Origin: Alphaproteobacteria bacterium
GTDB taxonomy: Bacteria > Pseudomonadota > Alphaproteobacteria > Bin95
Assembly: GCA_963665325.3 (NCBI GenBank)
Contig: OZ224045.1
Coordinates: 576,001-640,000 of the forward strand
Reading direction: 5' to 3'
DNA length: 64,000 nucleotides
Position numbers and translations under genes: made by a program. The notes under the pieces were generated by a model. It had not been told where the DNA came from. It saw nothing but the letters and a program-made list of their open reading frames with translations, and did not search any database. This document shows, piece after piece, positions 8,912 to 18,425 of the stretch (position 1 is the stretch's first letter; every line of letters begins with the position of its first letter).

Positions 8912-9478
8912 ATGCGGCGTCTGGACCTCGATCTTGCCGTCCGCCGGGTGCGGGACATCCGGCTTGCGCTGGCCGGGCTGCTGGTGCTGTCGATGACGGC
9001 CAATCTGACGCTGACCCTGGGCTTTGCCGGAAGGGAGACCGTGACCGTGCTGCTGCCGGCAACGGCGGGTCCGGCATGGGAGCTCGGCAGCGGCGGCGCG
9101 GGCATGGGTCCCGCCGGCACCCGGTATCTGGAGGACATGGCGCGCACGGTGGCGGTGACGCTGCTGACGCTGACGCCGGAGAACGCGGCCCATGTGCGGC
9201 TGGCGGCGGCGCGGATGAGCCACCCGTCGGCGCGGGGCGCGATCGGCGCCTGGGTCGAGGCCGAGGCCGCCCGCATGGCCGGGCGCGACCTCGCCAGCGC
9301 CTTCTATCCCGACGGCATCGAGGCCGATCCCGAGCGGCTCATGGTGGAGATCGCGGGCGAGCTGGTGACCTGGATCGGGCGCGAGGAGGCCGCGCGCGAG
9401 GACCGGCGCTACCGGCTCGCCTTCCGCATCGAGGCCGGGCGCATCGGCCTGCTGCGCTTCGAACAGATGGAGGACTGA
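8912..9478 (+). CDS. traE: F-type pilus assembly protein TraE
   Basis: N-terminal TM helix; YLEDMARTVAVTLLTLTPEN; synteny. Confidence 0.88.
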   Translation: MRRLDLDLAVRRVRDIRLALAGLLVLSMTANLTLTLGFAGRETVTVLLPATAGPAWELGSGGAGMGPAGTRYLEDMARTVAVTLLTLTPENAAHVRLAAARMSHPSARGAIGAWVEAEAARMAGRDLASAFYPDGIEADPERLMVEIAGELVTWIGREEAAREDRRYRLAFRIEAGRIGLLRFEQMED

Positions 9479-9480
9479 CC

Positions 9481-10263
9481 GTGAAACGGATACATCGGTG
9501 GGCGCTCGCCATTGCATGCGCCATGTTCATGGGCGCGGTGCTGGCGCCCGCCCCGGCGCTGGCGATGCAGATCCTGGAGGCGGCCGATCATGCCGAGCTC
9601 GCCGCCGAGATCTCCGCGACGGGCGTCAACCGGATCGCGCTCGCGGGCGACCGGATCGCGCGGGTGGTGCGGGCGCCCGACGGCTACGCGGTCGAGCACG
9701 ACGCGGCGTCGGGCGACCTCTATCTGAGGTCCGCCGTCGCGGGGTCTCCGGAGACGGGGACCGGACAGGCGGTCCGATACGATCCGGTCACGCTGTTCGT
9801 CGGCACGGAGCGGGGCTTCACCTACCGCCTGACGCTGACGCCGGCGGCGCGGGGCTCGGCGCAGATCCTGATCCTCAACGCGGCGGTCCCGCCGGACGCG
9901 GCGACCGCCGTCCCGGCCGGCCGGGACAGTCCCCGTGTGGCGGCGCTGGTGCGGCTGGTGCGCGCGGTGGCGCGGCGCGAGCTCCCGGCCGGCTACGAAA
10001 TCCATGCCGGCGGGCCTTCCCTTTCCGGCCTCATCCCGATCGAGACCTGGCGGGGCCCGCGCTTCCGGGCGCTCGTGTTCGAGGCCGGCCGTTCCGCGCC
10101 CGCCGGCGGGGACGGCCCCGCGGGCCTCGCCGGGACCATCGGGGACAGCCTGGCTCCAGGCCGCCTTGCCGCGCTCTGGCTCGCCGCGCCCGGCAGCGGG
10201 CCGAGCGGTGGGCGTCTCGCCGTGGCGATCGTGGAGACCGCCCGCATGGAGACTCCGCGATGA
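9481..10263 (+). CDS. traK: F-type secretin-like TraK
   Basis: Signal peptide; ISATGVNRIALAGDRI and TLFVGTERGFTYRL; GTG start. Confidence 0.85.
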   Translation: MKRIHRWALAIACAMFMGAVLAPAPALAMQILEAADHAELAAEISATGVNRIALAGDRIARVVRAPDGYAVEHDAASGDLYLRSAVAGSPETGTGQAVRYDPVTLFVGTERGFTYRLTLTPAARGSAQILILNAAVPPDAATAVPAGRDSPRVAALVRLVRAVARRELPAGYEIHAGGPSLSGLIPIETWRGPRFRALVFEAGRSAPAGGDGPAGLAGTIGDSLAPGRLAALWLAAPGSGPSGGRLAVAIVETARMETPR

Positions 10264-11534
10264 GCGCGCGGCAGGACACTTCCGATCCCGGCGCGGTGCG
10301 GCGGCGCCAGCTGCTGCTGTTCTCCGCGGTCGCGGCGGTCCTGCTGGTCGTGCTGGCCGTCTGGCTTGGCATGGGCGGCGGCGGGCAGCCGGCGCCGCGC
10401 GGCGGCATCGAGGCCGGGATCGTGGCGCCGGACGCGGCCGAGCAGGTCTGGACGCGGCGCTCGGAGGCCCGGCTCGGCGGGATCGAGACGCAGCTGCGCG
10501 AGATGCGCCAGGAGGCGCGCCGGCTCGCCGCCGACAACGACCGCCTGCGCACGAAGCTGGAGCGGGACACCGCCGACGCGCGCACGGTGATCGACCGGCA
10601 GGCGGCGGTGATGGACGAGCTCGAACGCCGGCTCGGGGCGCCCGTGCAGCCGGGAACGGTGCCCGGCGGCGGCACCGCGGCGGATCCGTACTTCCGCGTT
10701 CCGTCCTCGACGCCTGAGACCGGCGGGGAGGCGCCGACGCGACCGGTCGCACCCACGCGCATGATCGAGACCTTCGATCTGGAAGGCGGCCCGCGGTCGT
10801 CGGCGACCGATCCCCGAACCGGGCCCGAGCTGGTGGCGGACGCCGTGGCCAAGCCGGTCTCGGCCTGGCTGCCGGCGGGCGCGCACGCCTCGGCGATCGT
10901 GCTCGCGGGCGTCGATGCCTCTGCCGGCATCTCGTCGCAGGGCGATCCCCGCCCGGTGCTGATGCGCATCACGGGTCCCGCCTGGACCGCTGCCGAGAAT
11001 GGGACTGCCCTTCAGGTCGATATCGACGGCTGCACGGTGACCGGCGCGGCCCATGGCGATCTCTCCTCGGAGAAGGTCTACGTCCGCTTCCGCACCATGA
11101 CCTGCGCCGGGCCGGAGCCGGGCACGGTGGTCGAGACCGAGGTCGCGGGGTTCGTCGCGGGCTCCGGCAAGACCGGGGTGCGCGGCCCGGTGGTGAGCCG
11201 CGAGGGGGCGCTGGTCGAGAAGGCGTTCCTCGCCGGCGTGGTCTCCGGCGTCGGCCAGGGCGCGGCCCAGGCCTTCCAGCCCCAGGCGGTGGCCACGGGC
11301 GCGAGCGGCGCCGCGGTCGCCAACACCGCGCTCGGCGACATCGGCCGCGCGGGTCTCGGCGCCGGGGCGTCGAGTGCGGGGCAGAAAGTGGCCGACTACA
11401 TGATCCGGCGCGCCGAGCAGTACCAGCCGGTGATCCAGCTCCAGGCCGGCACGAAGGTGACGCTGGTGTTCCTTGAAGGCGCCCGCATCGACGGCCGCGC
11501 CGTGCAACCGCAATCGAACAACGGAGGGAAATGA
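10260..11534 (+). CDS. traB: TraB (VirB10-like) core complex protein
   Basis: TM plus coiled coil; LPAG...GVDAS; GDLSSEKVYVR; RAEQYQPVIQLQAG. Confidence 0.92.
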   Translation: MSARQDTSDPGAVRRRQLLLFSAVAAVLLVVLAVWLGMGGGGQPAPRGGIEAGIVAPDAAEQVWTRRSEARLGGIETQLREMRQEARRLAADNDRLRTKLERDTADARTVIDRQAAVMDELERRLGAPVQPGTVPGGGTAADPYFRVPSSTPETGGEAPTRPVAPTRMIETFDLEGGPRSSATDPRTGPELVADAVAKPVSAWLPAGAHASAIVLAGVDASAGISSQGDPRPVLMRITGPAWTAAENGTALQVDIDGCTVTGAAHGDLSSEKVYVRFRTMTCAGPEPGTVVETEVAGFVAGSGKTGVRGPVVSREGALVEKAFLAGVVSGVGQGAAQAFQPQAVATGASGAAVANTALGDIGRAGLGAGASSAGQKVADYMIRRAEQYQPVIQLQAGTKVTLVFLEGARIDGRAVQPQSNNGGK

Positions 11535-11535
11535 G

Positions 11536-12105
11536 ATGGTCGGTTCGCGATTGGGTAATCGGGCCATGGCGCCTGTGGCTGCGGCCGTCGCGGCCCTCAT
11601 GCTCGCCGGATGCTCCTCGGGCCACATCGGTGAGGACTGGCAGTGCCCGCTGGCGAAGGGCGGCTCCTGCGCCAGCGTCGCCGCCGCCGATCCGGCGGTG
11701 CCGAAGACGGGCGCTGCGCGGACGATGACGACCGGGCAGCCGATCCGGCTGCTGCCCCGCGACATGGAAGCCGAACGCGCCGATCTACCGGCGATGGAGC
11801 CCCGATCCTGTGAGACCGCCTGCGGCTTCGATCCCTTCGCCTGGCTCGCGCGGCTGTTGGGCGGCAGCGATAACGACGACCGCCCCGGCTACGGTGGTGC
11901 CGAACCGGAAACGATCGATTCCGCCGCCGCCGCTCTTCCGGCCGATCCCGCCTCCGGCAGTGACGCCGGGCAAGCCGACGGTCTGCGCACCGGCGAGGTC
12001 GTGGCGCGCATCTGGATCGCGCCCTTCGTCGACGCCGACGGCGTCTACCGCGAGGCGTCCCATGTCCGGGTGGTGCTGGAGCCGGCCGGCTGGAGGCTCC
12101 GGTAA
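11536..12105 (+). CDS. traV: TraV lipoprotein
   Basis: Lipobox LAGC; WQCP...GSCASV; RIWIAPFVDADG. Confidence 0.9.
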   Translation: MVGSRLGNRAMAPVAAAVAALMLAGCSSGHIGEDWQCPLAKGGSCASVAAADPAVPKTGAARTMTTGQPIRLLPRDMEAERADLPAMEPRSCETACGFDPFAWLARLLGGSDNDDRPGYGGAEPETIDSAAAALPADPASGSDAGQADGLRTGEVVARIWIAPFVDADGVYREASHVRVVLEPAGWRLR

Positions 12106-14705
12106 TGGCGGCGGGAGCGCTCGGCCGGCTGCTGGAGATGTTCGAGGGGCCGGAGGCGCCGGGTCCCTGGACGCCGCCCGCCATGCCGGCCGCGCTGCAC
12201 GCGCTGCTGCCCTGGCGCGCCTGGGACGAGGCGAGCGAGCTCTATGTCAACGCGGGCTCCGTCGGCTTCGTGCTGGAACTGCCGCCTTTCGCCGGCATCG
12301 ACGCGGAGACCCTGGGGGCGCTTTCCGGCACGCTCGCCGACGCCGCACCCGAGCGCTGCACCATCCAGATCGTCCACTGGGCGAGCCCGCGCTTCGGCGC
12401 CGCCATGCGCGCCTGGGCCGAGCCGCGTGTCGGGACCGGCGGGGCGCTGAACCGCATGGGCGAACGCCGCCGGAACCTGCTTGCCCCCGGAGGATGGCGC
12501 CGGCTGCATGAAGGGGGACCGCCCTTCACCCTCTCGGACTACCGGGTGTTCGTCACCGCCTGCCTCGCCGGCGGTCCCGGTCCGGCGGCGGAGACCGCGC
12601 TCGGCGCCTTTCGCCGGGCGCTGGAGGGGACGCTCGCCTCGGCCGGCGCGACGGCCCGGCGGCTGGAGCCCGACGGGCTGCTCTCGCTGGCGGTGGAACT
12701 GACCGCGCCCGACATTGCCGGACGCCATGACGGGGGAACCGAACGCCCGGTGCGGCGCTGGGCGCCGCGCGATCCCCTGCACGAGCAGTGCATCGCGCCC
12801 GGCCGCGCGCTCACGGTCCACCCGACGGGCCTCACCTTCCATCACGGCGACGGGGGCCGCGACGGCGGCTCCGGCGACATCGCCGTCCGGGTGCTCAGCG
12901 CCATCGCCTTCCCCGAGGTCTGGCCGGGCTGGCGCGGCAACGCGCTGATCGGCGACTTCCACCGCGACTTCCTCCAGCCCGGCTGCCCGGTGCTGACCTG
13001 CCTCACCCTCACCACCGGCGACGAGGCGGCGGGCGAGAAGGCGTTCCTCAAGTCGGCCCGCGCGACCCAGCAAGCCGGCACCGGCATCGCCCGCTACCTG
13101 CCCGGCCTGCCCGAGAAGGCGCGCGACTGGCAGACCGTCACCGAGCGGCTCAAGGACGGCGAGCGGCTGGTCCGCGCCTGCTACATGGCGGCGGTCTATG
13201 CGCCGCTGGATGCGCTCGACGAGGCCGAGCAGGCGGTGCGCGCGATCTACCACGGCCAGGGCTGGCGGGTGAACGCCGAACGCTACATGCAGCTGCCCTC
13301 CTGGCTCGCCTGTCTGCCGATGGCATCCGCCGGCGGGCTCGACGCCGATCTCGAACGCATGGGCCGGATGAAGACCCTGCTGACCGCCTCGGCGGTCAAT
13401 CTCGCCCCGATCCATGGCGAATGGCGCGGCCAGCCGATGAACCCCGACAACCCGCCCGCGCTCTTTCTCATAGGACGAAGGGGCCAGCCGGCCTGCTGGT
13501 CGCCCTTCGCCAACGAGGCGGGCAACTACAACGTCGCCGTCACCGGCAAGTCCGGCTCGGGCAAGTCGGTGCTGATGCAGGAGCTGGTGACCGGGCTGAT
13601 CGGCGCCGGCGGCGAGGCCGTGGTGATCGACGACGGGCGCTCGTTCCAGCACACGGCGGAGGCGCTCGGCGGCGCGTTCATCGCCTTCGGCAAGGATCCG
13701 GCCTGCCTCAACCCCTTCGCCATGATCGACGCCGGGACGGCCGCCCACGACGGCGACTACCGGGAAGAGTGCTTCGCCATGCTGGCCGGCGTCATCGGGC
13801 GGATGGCAAGGCGAAGGGGCTCCATCGACGACATCGAGGCGGCGCTGATCGCCGAAGCCATCGCGGCCGCGTGGGACGAGGCCGGCAACGCCGCCGATCT
13901 CGGCACCGTGCGCAAGAACCTGGAATCGAGGGACGACCGCCGCGCCGCCGACATGGCGACCGCCCTCGGCCCCTGGTGTCCGGGCGGCGCCATGGGGCGG
14001 CTGTTCGCCGGCTCGAACGTGCCGGACCTTGAGAACGCCATGACGGTGTTCGAGCTGGCCGAGCTCAAGGGACGAGGCGACGTGCAGGCGGTGGTGCTGA
14101 TGCTGGTGGTCTTCCTCGCCACCCAGCGCATGTATCACGGCCCCCGCACCCGCGCGAAGGCGATCGTCATCGACGAGGCCTGGGACCTGCTCTCCGGCGA
14201 GGACAGCCGCGCCTTCCTCGAAGGCGCGGCCAGACGGGCCCGAAAATATCGCGGCTCCCTCATCACCGGCACCCAGTCGGTCAACGACTACTACGCCAAC
14301 CCGGCGGCGCGCGCCGCCTGGGAGAATTCGGACTGGGTGATCTTCCTCGCCCAGAAGGACGAGTCGGTCGAGTTGCTCAAGTCCGAGAAGCGCATCCATT
14401 GCGATCCCGGCATGGAGCGCGCGCTCAAGAGCCTGACCACCGCCGACGGCCGCTATGCCGAGCTGGTGCTGCACGGCCCCGACGGCTGGCGGGTGGCGCG
14501 GCTGGTGCTCGATGCCTGGTCGGTGGCGCTGTTCTCCTCGCGCGGCCCCGCCTTCGCGGCGGTCGAGACCTTGAAGGCCGAGGGGCTCTCCACCGTCCAG
14601 GCCATCGACCGGCTCGCGGGGGACGGTCCCCTCGCGGGCGGCGGCGCCCTCGCCGGCCCCGCTGCCGGACATTCCGAACCATCCGAAACGGAGGATGCGG
14701 CATGA
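12105..14705 (+). CDS. traC: TraC (VirB4-like) ATPase
   Basis: NYNVAVTGKSGSGKS Walker A; IDEAWDLL Walker B; RRARKYRGSLITGTQS. Confidence 0.95.
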   Translation: MAAGALGRLLEMFEGPEAPGPWTPPAMPAALHALLPWRAWDEASELYVNAGSVGFVLELPPFAGIDAETLGALSGTLADAAPERCTIQIVHWASPRFGAAMRAWAEPRVGTGGALNRMGERRRNLLAPGGWRRLHEGGPPFTLSDYRVFVTACLAGGPGPAAETALGAFRRALEGTLASAGATARRLEPDGLLSLAVELTAPDIAGRHDGGTERPVRRWAPRDPLHEQCIAPGRALTVHPTGLTFHHGDGGRDGGSGDIAVRVLSAIAFPEVWPGWRGNALIGDFHRDFLQPGCPVLTCLTLTTGDEAAGEKAFLKSARATQQAGTGIARYLPGLPEKARDWQTVTERLKDGERLVRACYMAAVYAPLDALDEAEQAVRAIYHGQGWRVNAERYMQLPSWLACLPMASAGGLDADLERMGRMKTLLTASAVNLAPIHGEWRGQPMNPDNPPALFLIGRRGQPACWSPFANEAGNYNVAVTGKSGSGKSVLMQELVTGLIGAGGEAVVIDDGRSFQHTAEALGGAFIAFGKDPACLNPFAMIDAGTAAHDGDYREECFAMLAGVIGRMARRRGSIDDIEAALIAEAIAAAWDEAGNAADLGTVRKNLESRDDRRAADMATALGPWCPGGAMGRLFAGSNVPDLENAMTVFELAELKGRGDVQAVVLMLVVFLATQRMYHGPRTRAKAIVIDEAWDLLSGEDSRAFLEGAARRARKYRGSLITGTQSVNDYYANPAARAAWENSDWVIFLAQKDESVELLKSEKRIHCDPGMERALKSLTTADGRYAELVLHGPDGWRVARLVLDAWSVALFSSRGPAFAAVETLKAEGLSTVQAIDRLAGDGPLAGGGALAGPAAGHSEPSETEDAA

Positions 14706-15304
14706 CGCAAAAAGCAAACGGCGGCGAAAGGTCGCTCAACTGGCCGGACGACCCGGAGACAGTGACGGCCGCCGATATCGACTTCACCGCGCTGGCGCAT
14801 GTGCTTGCCAACACCTGCCGCCGGGGCGGCTGTGTGCGTTCCTACCACTCGGTGGCGGCGCACGCGGTAATCGTCTCGGAGGAGATCGAGGCGCTCGACG
14901 GTCTCGCGGACGAAGACCGGCGGGTGCTGGCTCTCCATGCGCTCCTTGCGCCCGCGCCGTCGGCCTGGCTCCGGGCCCGGCTGCCGGACTCGCAGCGGGC
15001 GGCGGAGCGCGTTGGAAAGCTCGCCACGGGGATCGAGGCCGCGGTGCGCGAGGCCGCCGGGCTCGATGCCGTGCTGGACGAGGACCACGGCGAGCTGTTG
15101 CGTTTCGTTACCCGAATGGCGGCTTCGGCCGAGCGCCGCGACATCATGGACGGCAACGCAGCCGCGAGCGCCGGCGTGGCCTTCCCGCCGCTGAAACGGC
15201 GCATCCGTTCGATCATGCCCGACAAGGCGGCGGAGGCCTGGCTCGCTCGCTTCCGGGCGCTCGCCGGACCGGCCGGCGGCTCGTCGGAAGGGCCGCGAGG
15301 CTGA
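14702..15304 (+). CDS. YfbR/YfdR-like HD-fold protein with a degenerate HD motif
   Basis: IDFTALAHVLANTCRRGG...YHSVAAHAVIVS matches the family N-terminus; ALLHD is replaced by ALLAP. Confidence 0.65.
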   Translation: MTQKANGGERSLNWPDDPETVTAADIDFTALAHVLANTCRRGGCVRSYHSVAAHAVIVSEEIEALDGLADEDRRVLALHALLAPAPSAWLRARLPDSQRAAERVGKLATGIEAAVREAAGLDAVLDEDHGELLRFVTRMAASAERRDIMDGNAAASAGVAFPPLKRRIRSIMPDKAAEAWLARFRALAGPAGGSSEGPRG

Positions 15305-15308
15305 CACG

Positions 15309-15695
15309 ATGCGTTCCGACTCCGCGTGGCCGGCGATGGTGTCCGCCGTGCTGCTCTCGGGCGCGGTGGCGGCGGCGGTCGCGGCGGCCGTCCTCCGATA
15401 TGGGGTCGATCCGCCACCGCGCATCGCCGGCGTTCGTCTTGCGGAAATGACCGCGGCCTGGACGACGCGGGCGGCAGCCGAAGGCCGGCCGGCGTCGGAG
15501 GTCCGCGCCTGGGGCGCGGCGCTGGAGACCGCTCTCGACCGCGTGGCGCACGATCATGGCGTCGTTCTGCTGCCTGCGCGCGCCGTCGCCGCCGGGGCGC
15601 CGGACCTGACGCGGCAGGTCAAGGACGTGCTGGCGGCGATCCTGGCGGGTCGCGGGTCCGGGCCGTCCGCGCTCTCCGGCGGAGAGCGGCCGTGA
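15309..15695 (+). CDS. trbI: TrbI (F-type)
   Basis: N-terminal TM; VLLPARAVAAGAPDLT motif; position before traW. Confidence 0.8.
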   Translation: MRSDSAWPAMVSAVLLSGAVAAAVAAAVLRYGVDPPPRIAGVRLAEMTAAWTTRAAAEGRPASEVRAWGAALETALDRVAHDHGVVLLPARAVAAGAPDLTRQVKDVLAAILAGRGSGPSALSGGERP

Positions 15696-16279
15696 CCGCA
15701 TCGCGCCCGATGTTCGCCCGGCGGGACGCCCATGCGCGCCGCCGCCAGGTCGGCCTGGCGGTCATGATCGCGCTGGCGGCGCTCTGGCTCGGCCTCGCCT
15801 CGCGGGTGCATGTCAATGCCAGCTGGTCGGACCAAGCCTGGGGCTATGCCGCCTTCCCGCTGTTCGGCAAGGACCCGAGGATCGGCGACCGGGTGCTGTT
15901 CGAGCCTCCCGAAGCGCTGGAATCCCGGGTGCCGTATCTGAAGACCGTGCGCGGCGTGTCGGGCATGGCGGTCGCGGTCTCGGAAGACGGGACGGTCTTT
16001 CTCGACGGCGTTGCGGTCGGCCGCGCCAAGACCCACGCACTGGATGGCCGGCCGCTCGAAGCGATCTCGCCGGGGATTATCCCGGCCGGGCATTACTTCC
16101 TGCATGCCGATCATCCCGACAGCCACGACAGCCGCTACGCCGAAATCGGCCTCATGCCACGCGAGCGCATCCTCGGCCGCGCCGTTGCGCTCCCGGACCT
16201 GCCATGGCTCGGCCTGAAGGGGCCGCTGGTGGGGCCGGAAGGCGCCGGCGATGACAAGAGCGCGGGGAAGCCGCGATGA
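15692..16279 (+). CDS. S26-family pilin-processing peptidase (TrhF-like)
   Basis: VNASWS catalytic Ser; YLKTVRG Lys; HPDSHDSRYAEIG. Confidence 0.85.
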   Translation: MTASRPMFARRDAHARRRQVGLAVMIALAALWLGLASRVHVNASWSDQAWGYAAFPLFGKDPRIGDRVLFEPPEALESRVPYLKTVRGVSGMAVAVSEDGTVFLDGVAVGRAKTHALDGRPLEAISPGIIPAGHYFLHADHPDSHDSRYAEIGLMPRERILGRAVALPDLPWLGLKGPLVGPEGAGDDKSAGKPR

Positions 16280-16965
16280 CGCGCCCCGCCGTCATGATGC
16301 TTGCCACGGTCCTTGCCGCCCTGCCGGTCGCCGGCACCGCACCCTATGCCTGGGCGAAGGACCTGGGCGTGCGCGGCGCGACCTGGCCGGTGGCGGAGCC
16401 CGACCTGCTGGTCGAGATCGAGGCGCGGCTTCTCGACATGCAGCGTTCCGGCGACCTGGCGCGGCTGGAGGAGGAAGCCCGCACCCGCGCCCGACAGAGC
16501 CTGGAAGAGCCCGAATCGGTGCCCGGCATTGCACCGGCAGGCGAGCAACGCAGCCGCCTGTTCGATCCCGCCATTACGGTCGCGCGGGACATTCGCACGC
16601 CCGACGGCGTCCTCATTGCCGCCGCCGGGACGAGGGTGAACCCGCTGAAGCGCCTGCCGCTCACCCGCGACCTGATCTTCATCGACGGCAGGCGCGAGGC
16701 CGAAATCGCCTGGGCGCTCGGCCATGACCGGCCCGCGAAGATCGTGCTGCTTGCCGGGCGTCCGCTCGATCTCATGCGCCGCCATCGCCGGCCCTTCTTC
16801 TTCGACACCGGCGGCAGGCTCGCCGCGCGCTTCGGCATCGCCGTGACGCCCACGCTGGTCGAACGGGATGGCGTTCGACTGCGCCTCACCGAAATCCCGG
16901 TCGAGGATCCCGGATCGGAGGCCGGGGCAGGCCGGGACCCTGGTCAAACCGGAGAGAAGGACTGA
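16276..16965 (+). CDS. traW: TraW
   Basis: KDLGVRGATWPVAEPDLL; FDPAITV; GTRVNPL; FFDTGGRLAARFGI. Confidence 0.93.
   Translation: MTRPAVMMLATVLAALPVAGTAPYAWAKDLGVRGATWPVAEPDLLVEIEARLLDMQRSGDLARLEEEARTRARQSLEEPESVPGIAPAGEQRSRLFDPAITVARDIRTPDGVLIAAAGTRVNPLKRLPLTRDLIFIDGRREAEIAWALGHDRPAKIVLLAGRPLDLMRRHRRPFFFDTGGRLAARFGIAVTPTLVERDGVRLRLTEIPVEDPGSEAGAGRDPGQTGEKD
16909..16932. repeat. 24-bp REP-like palindromic insert in traW (CCCGGATCGGAGGCCGGGGCAGGC)
   Basis: Near-identical to the copies at 17204, 18666 and 20440. Confidence 0.8.
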
Positions 16966-16969
16966 ATCC

Positions 16970-17383
16970 ATGCTGACCGTCAACCGCGCGACCCTGGTGG
17001 GCCATGCCGGGCGCGACCCCGAGATCCGCACCCTGCCGAACGGCGGCAAGGCGGCGGCCTTCCCGCTCGCCACCGCCGAAAAGTGGACCGACCGGGAAGG
17101 CAAGCCCGTGGAGGCCACCGACTGGCACCGGGTGGTCGTCTACGGCGCGTCCGTCGAGATCGTCGGGACCATGCTGCGCAAGGGCGATCCGGTCATGGTC
17201 GAGAGCCTGCCCCGGACTCGATCCGGGGGCCGCATCGCGACCCGGCAATACCGCGACCGCGACGACAACGACCGCACCGTCACCGAGATCGTCGTCGCCG
17301 GGCCGCAGGGCATGGTGAACATCCTCGCCGGGCGGCGCGGGTCGGAGTCCGGCCCGGAGTCCGGGGCGGGCGACGAAACATGA
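16970..17383 (+). CDS. ssb: Single-stranded DNA-binding protein inside the tra operon, with an 8-aa insert and no acidic IPF tip
   Basis: VNRATLVGHAGRDPEIR...TDWHRVV...LRKG. Confidence 0.9.
   Translation: MLTVNRATLVGHAGRDPEIRTLPNGGKAAAFPLATAEKWTDREGKPVEATDWHRVVVYGASVEIVGTMLRKGDPVMVESLPRTRSGGRIATRQYRDRDDNDRTVTEIVVAGPQGMVNILAGRRGSESGPESGAGDET
17204..17227. repeat. 24-bp REP-like palindromic insert in ssb (AGCCTGCCCCGGACTCGATCCGGG)
   Basis: Removing it restores the canonical V.VEGRI.TR motif. Confidence 0.88.
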
Positions 17384-18384
17384 TCCACCGCCGCTTCCTT
17401 GCCGTCTGCGCGGTCGCGCTGGCGTCGGCCCTGTGGGCCGGCACGGCCTCGGCGCAGTCCTGCACCGGGCGGTTCGTCAACCCGATCTCGGACGTCTGCT
17501 GGGAGTGCCTGTTCCCGATCTCGATCGGGCCGCTCACCATCGGCAGCACCGGCGGCGTGACCGACACCCCCAACCCGTCCTCGCCGATCTGCTTCTGCGG
17601 CTCCCCCATCCCCCGCATCGGCCTGTCGCTCGGGGTCTGGGAGCCGGCGCGGCTGGTCGACGTGACGAGGACCCCCTGGTGCTTCCCCAACCTGGGCGGC
17701 CTCACCATCGATCCCGGCCTGCCCGCAGCCAGGGGCCGTACCGGGTCGTCGGGCGGCGACGGGGCGAAGGGCTCGGTCTGGCATGCGCACTATTACATGT
17801 ATCCGCTCTTGTCCTGGATCGGCGTGCTGCTCGATCTCGGCTGCCTCGAAGGAGGCTCGCTCGATATCGCCTGGGTCTCGGAACTCGACCCGGCCTGGCT
17901 CGACGACGAGCTGTCGTTCCTGCTCAACCCCGAGGCCGCTCTCTTTGCCAACCTGCCGGCGCAGGCGGTCTGCGCCGCCGACTGCGCGGCGGCCTCGGTC
18001 GGCCTGCCCCAGGACGGTCTGTTCTGGTGCGCGGGCTGCCAGGGCGGGATGTATCCGCTGACCGGCAATGTGGCGGCGCATGTCGGAGGCGTGCAGGCGT
18101 CGCTGCTGGCGGCCCAGCGTCTGGTCTACCGCCTCCACCGCGCCGGTCTCGCCTGGGGCACCTCGGGCTCGGCCGCGCTCTGCGGTCGCTACCCGATGCC
18201 GGTGATGCAGAAGAGCCAGTACCGCTGGCAGATGACCGAGCCGGTGCCGGCAACGACGCCCCGCACGGGCTGCAACCCGACGGGGCGGTCCTCGGTGCTG
18301 TGGGAAAGCCTGCGCGAACTGCCGGTCTCCGGCGAGAGCTTCGGCTACCTGCTGTGGCGGAAACGCTCATGCTGCCTGCTCTGA
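17380..18384 (+). CDS. traU: TraU
   Basis: CTGRFVNPISDVCWECLFPISIG; WCAGCQG; YLLWRKRSCC. Confidence 0.95.
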   Translation: MIHRRFLAVCAVALASALWAGTASAQSCTGRFVNPISDVCWECLFPISIGPLTIGSTGGVTDTPNPSSPICFCGSPIPRIGLSLGVWEPARLVDVTRTPWCFPNLGGLTIDPGLPAARGRTGSSGGDGAKGSVWHAHYYMYPLLSWIGVLLDLGCLEGGSLDIAWVSELDPAWLDDELSFLLNPEAALFANLPAQAVCAADCAAASVGLPQDGLFWCAGCQGGMYPLTGNVAAHVGGVQASLLAAQRLVYRLHRAGLAWGTSGSAALCGRYPMPVMQKSQYRWQMTEPVPATTPRTGCNPTGRSSVLWESLRELPVSGESFGYLLWRKRSCCLL

Positions 18385-18425
18385 ACCCGCTGAAACGCAC
18401 CGCCAGACACGACTCCGACAAGACC

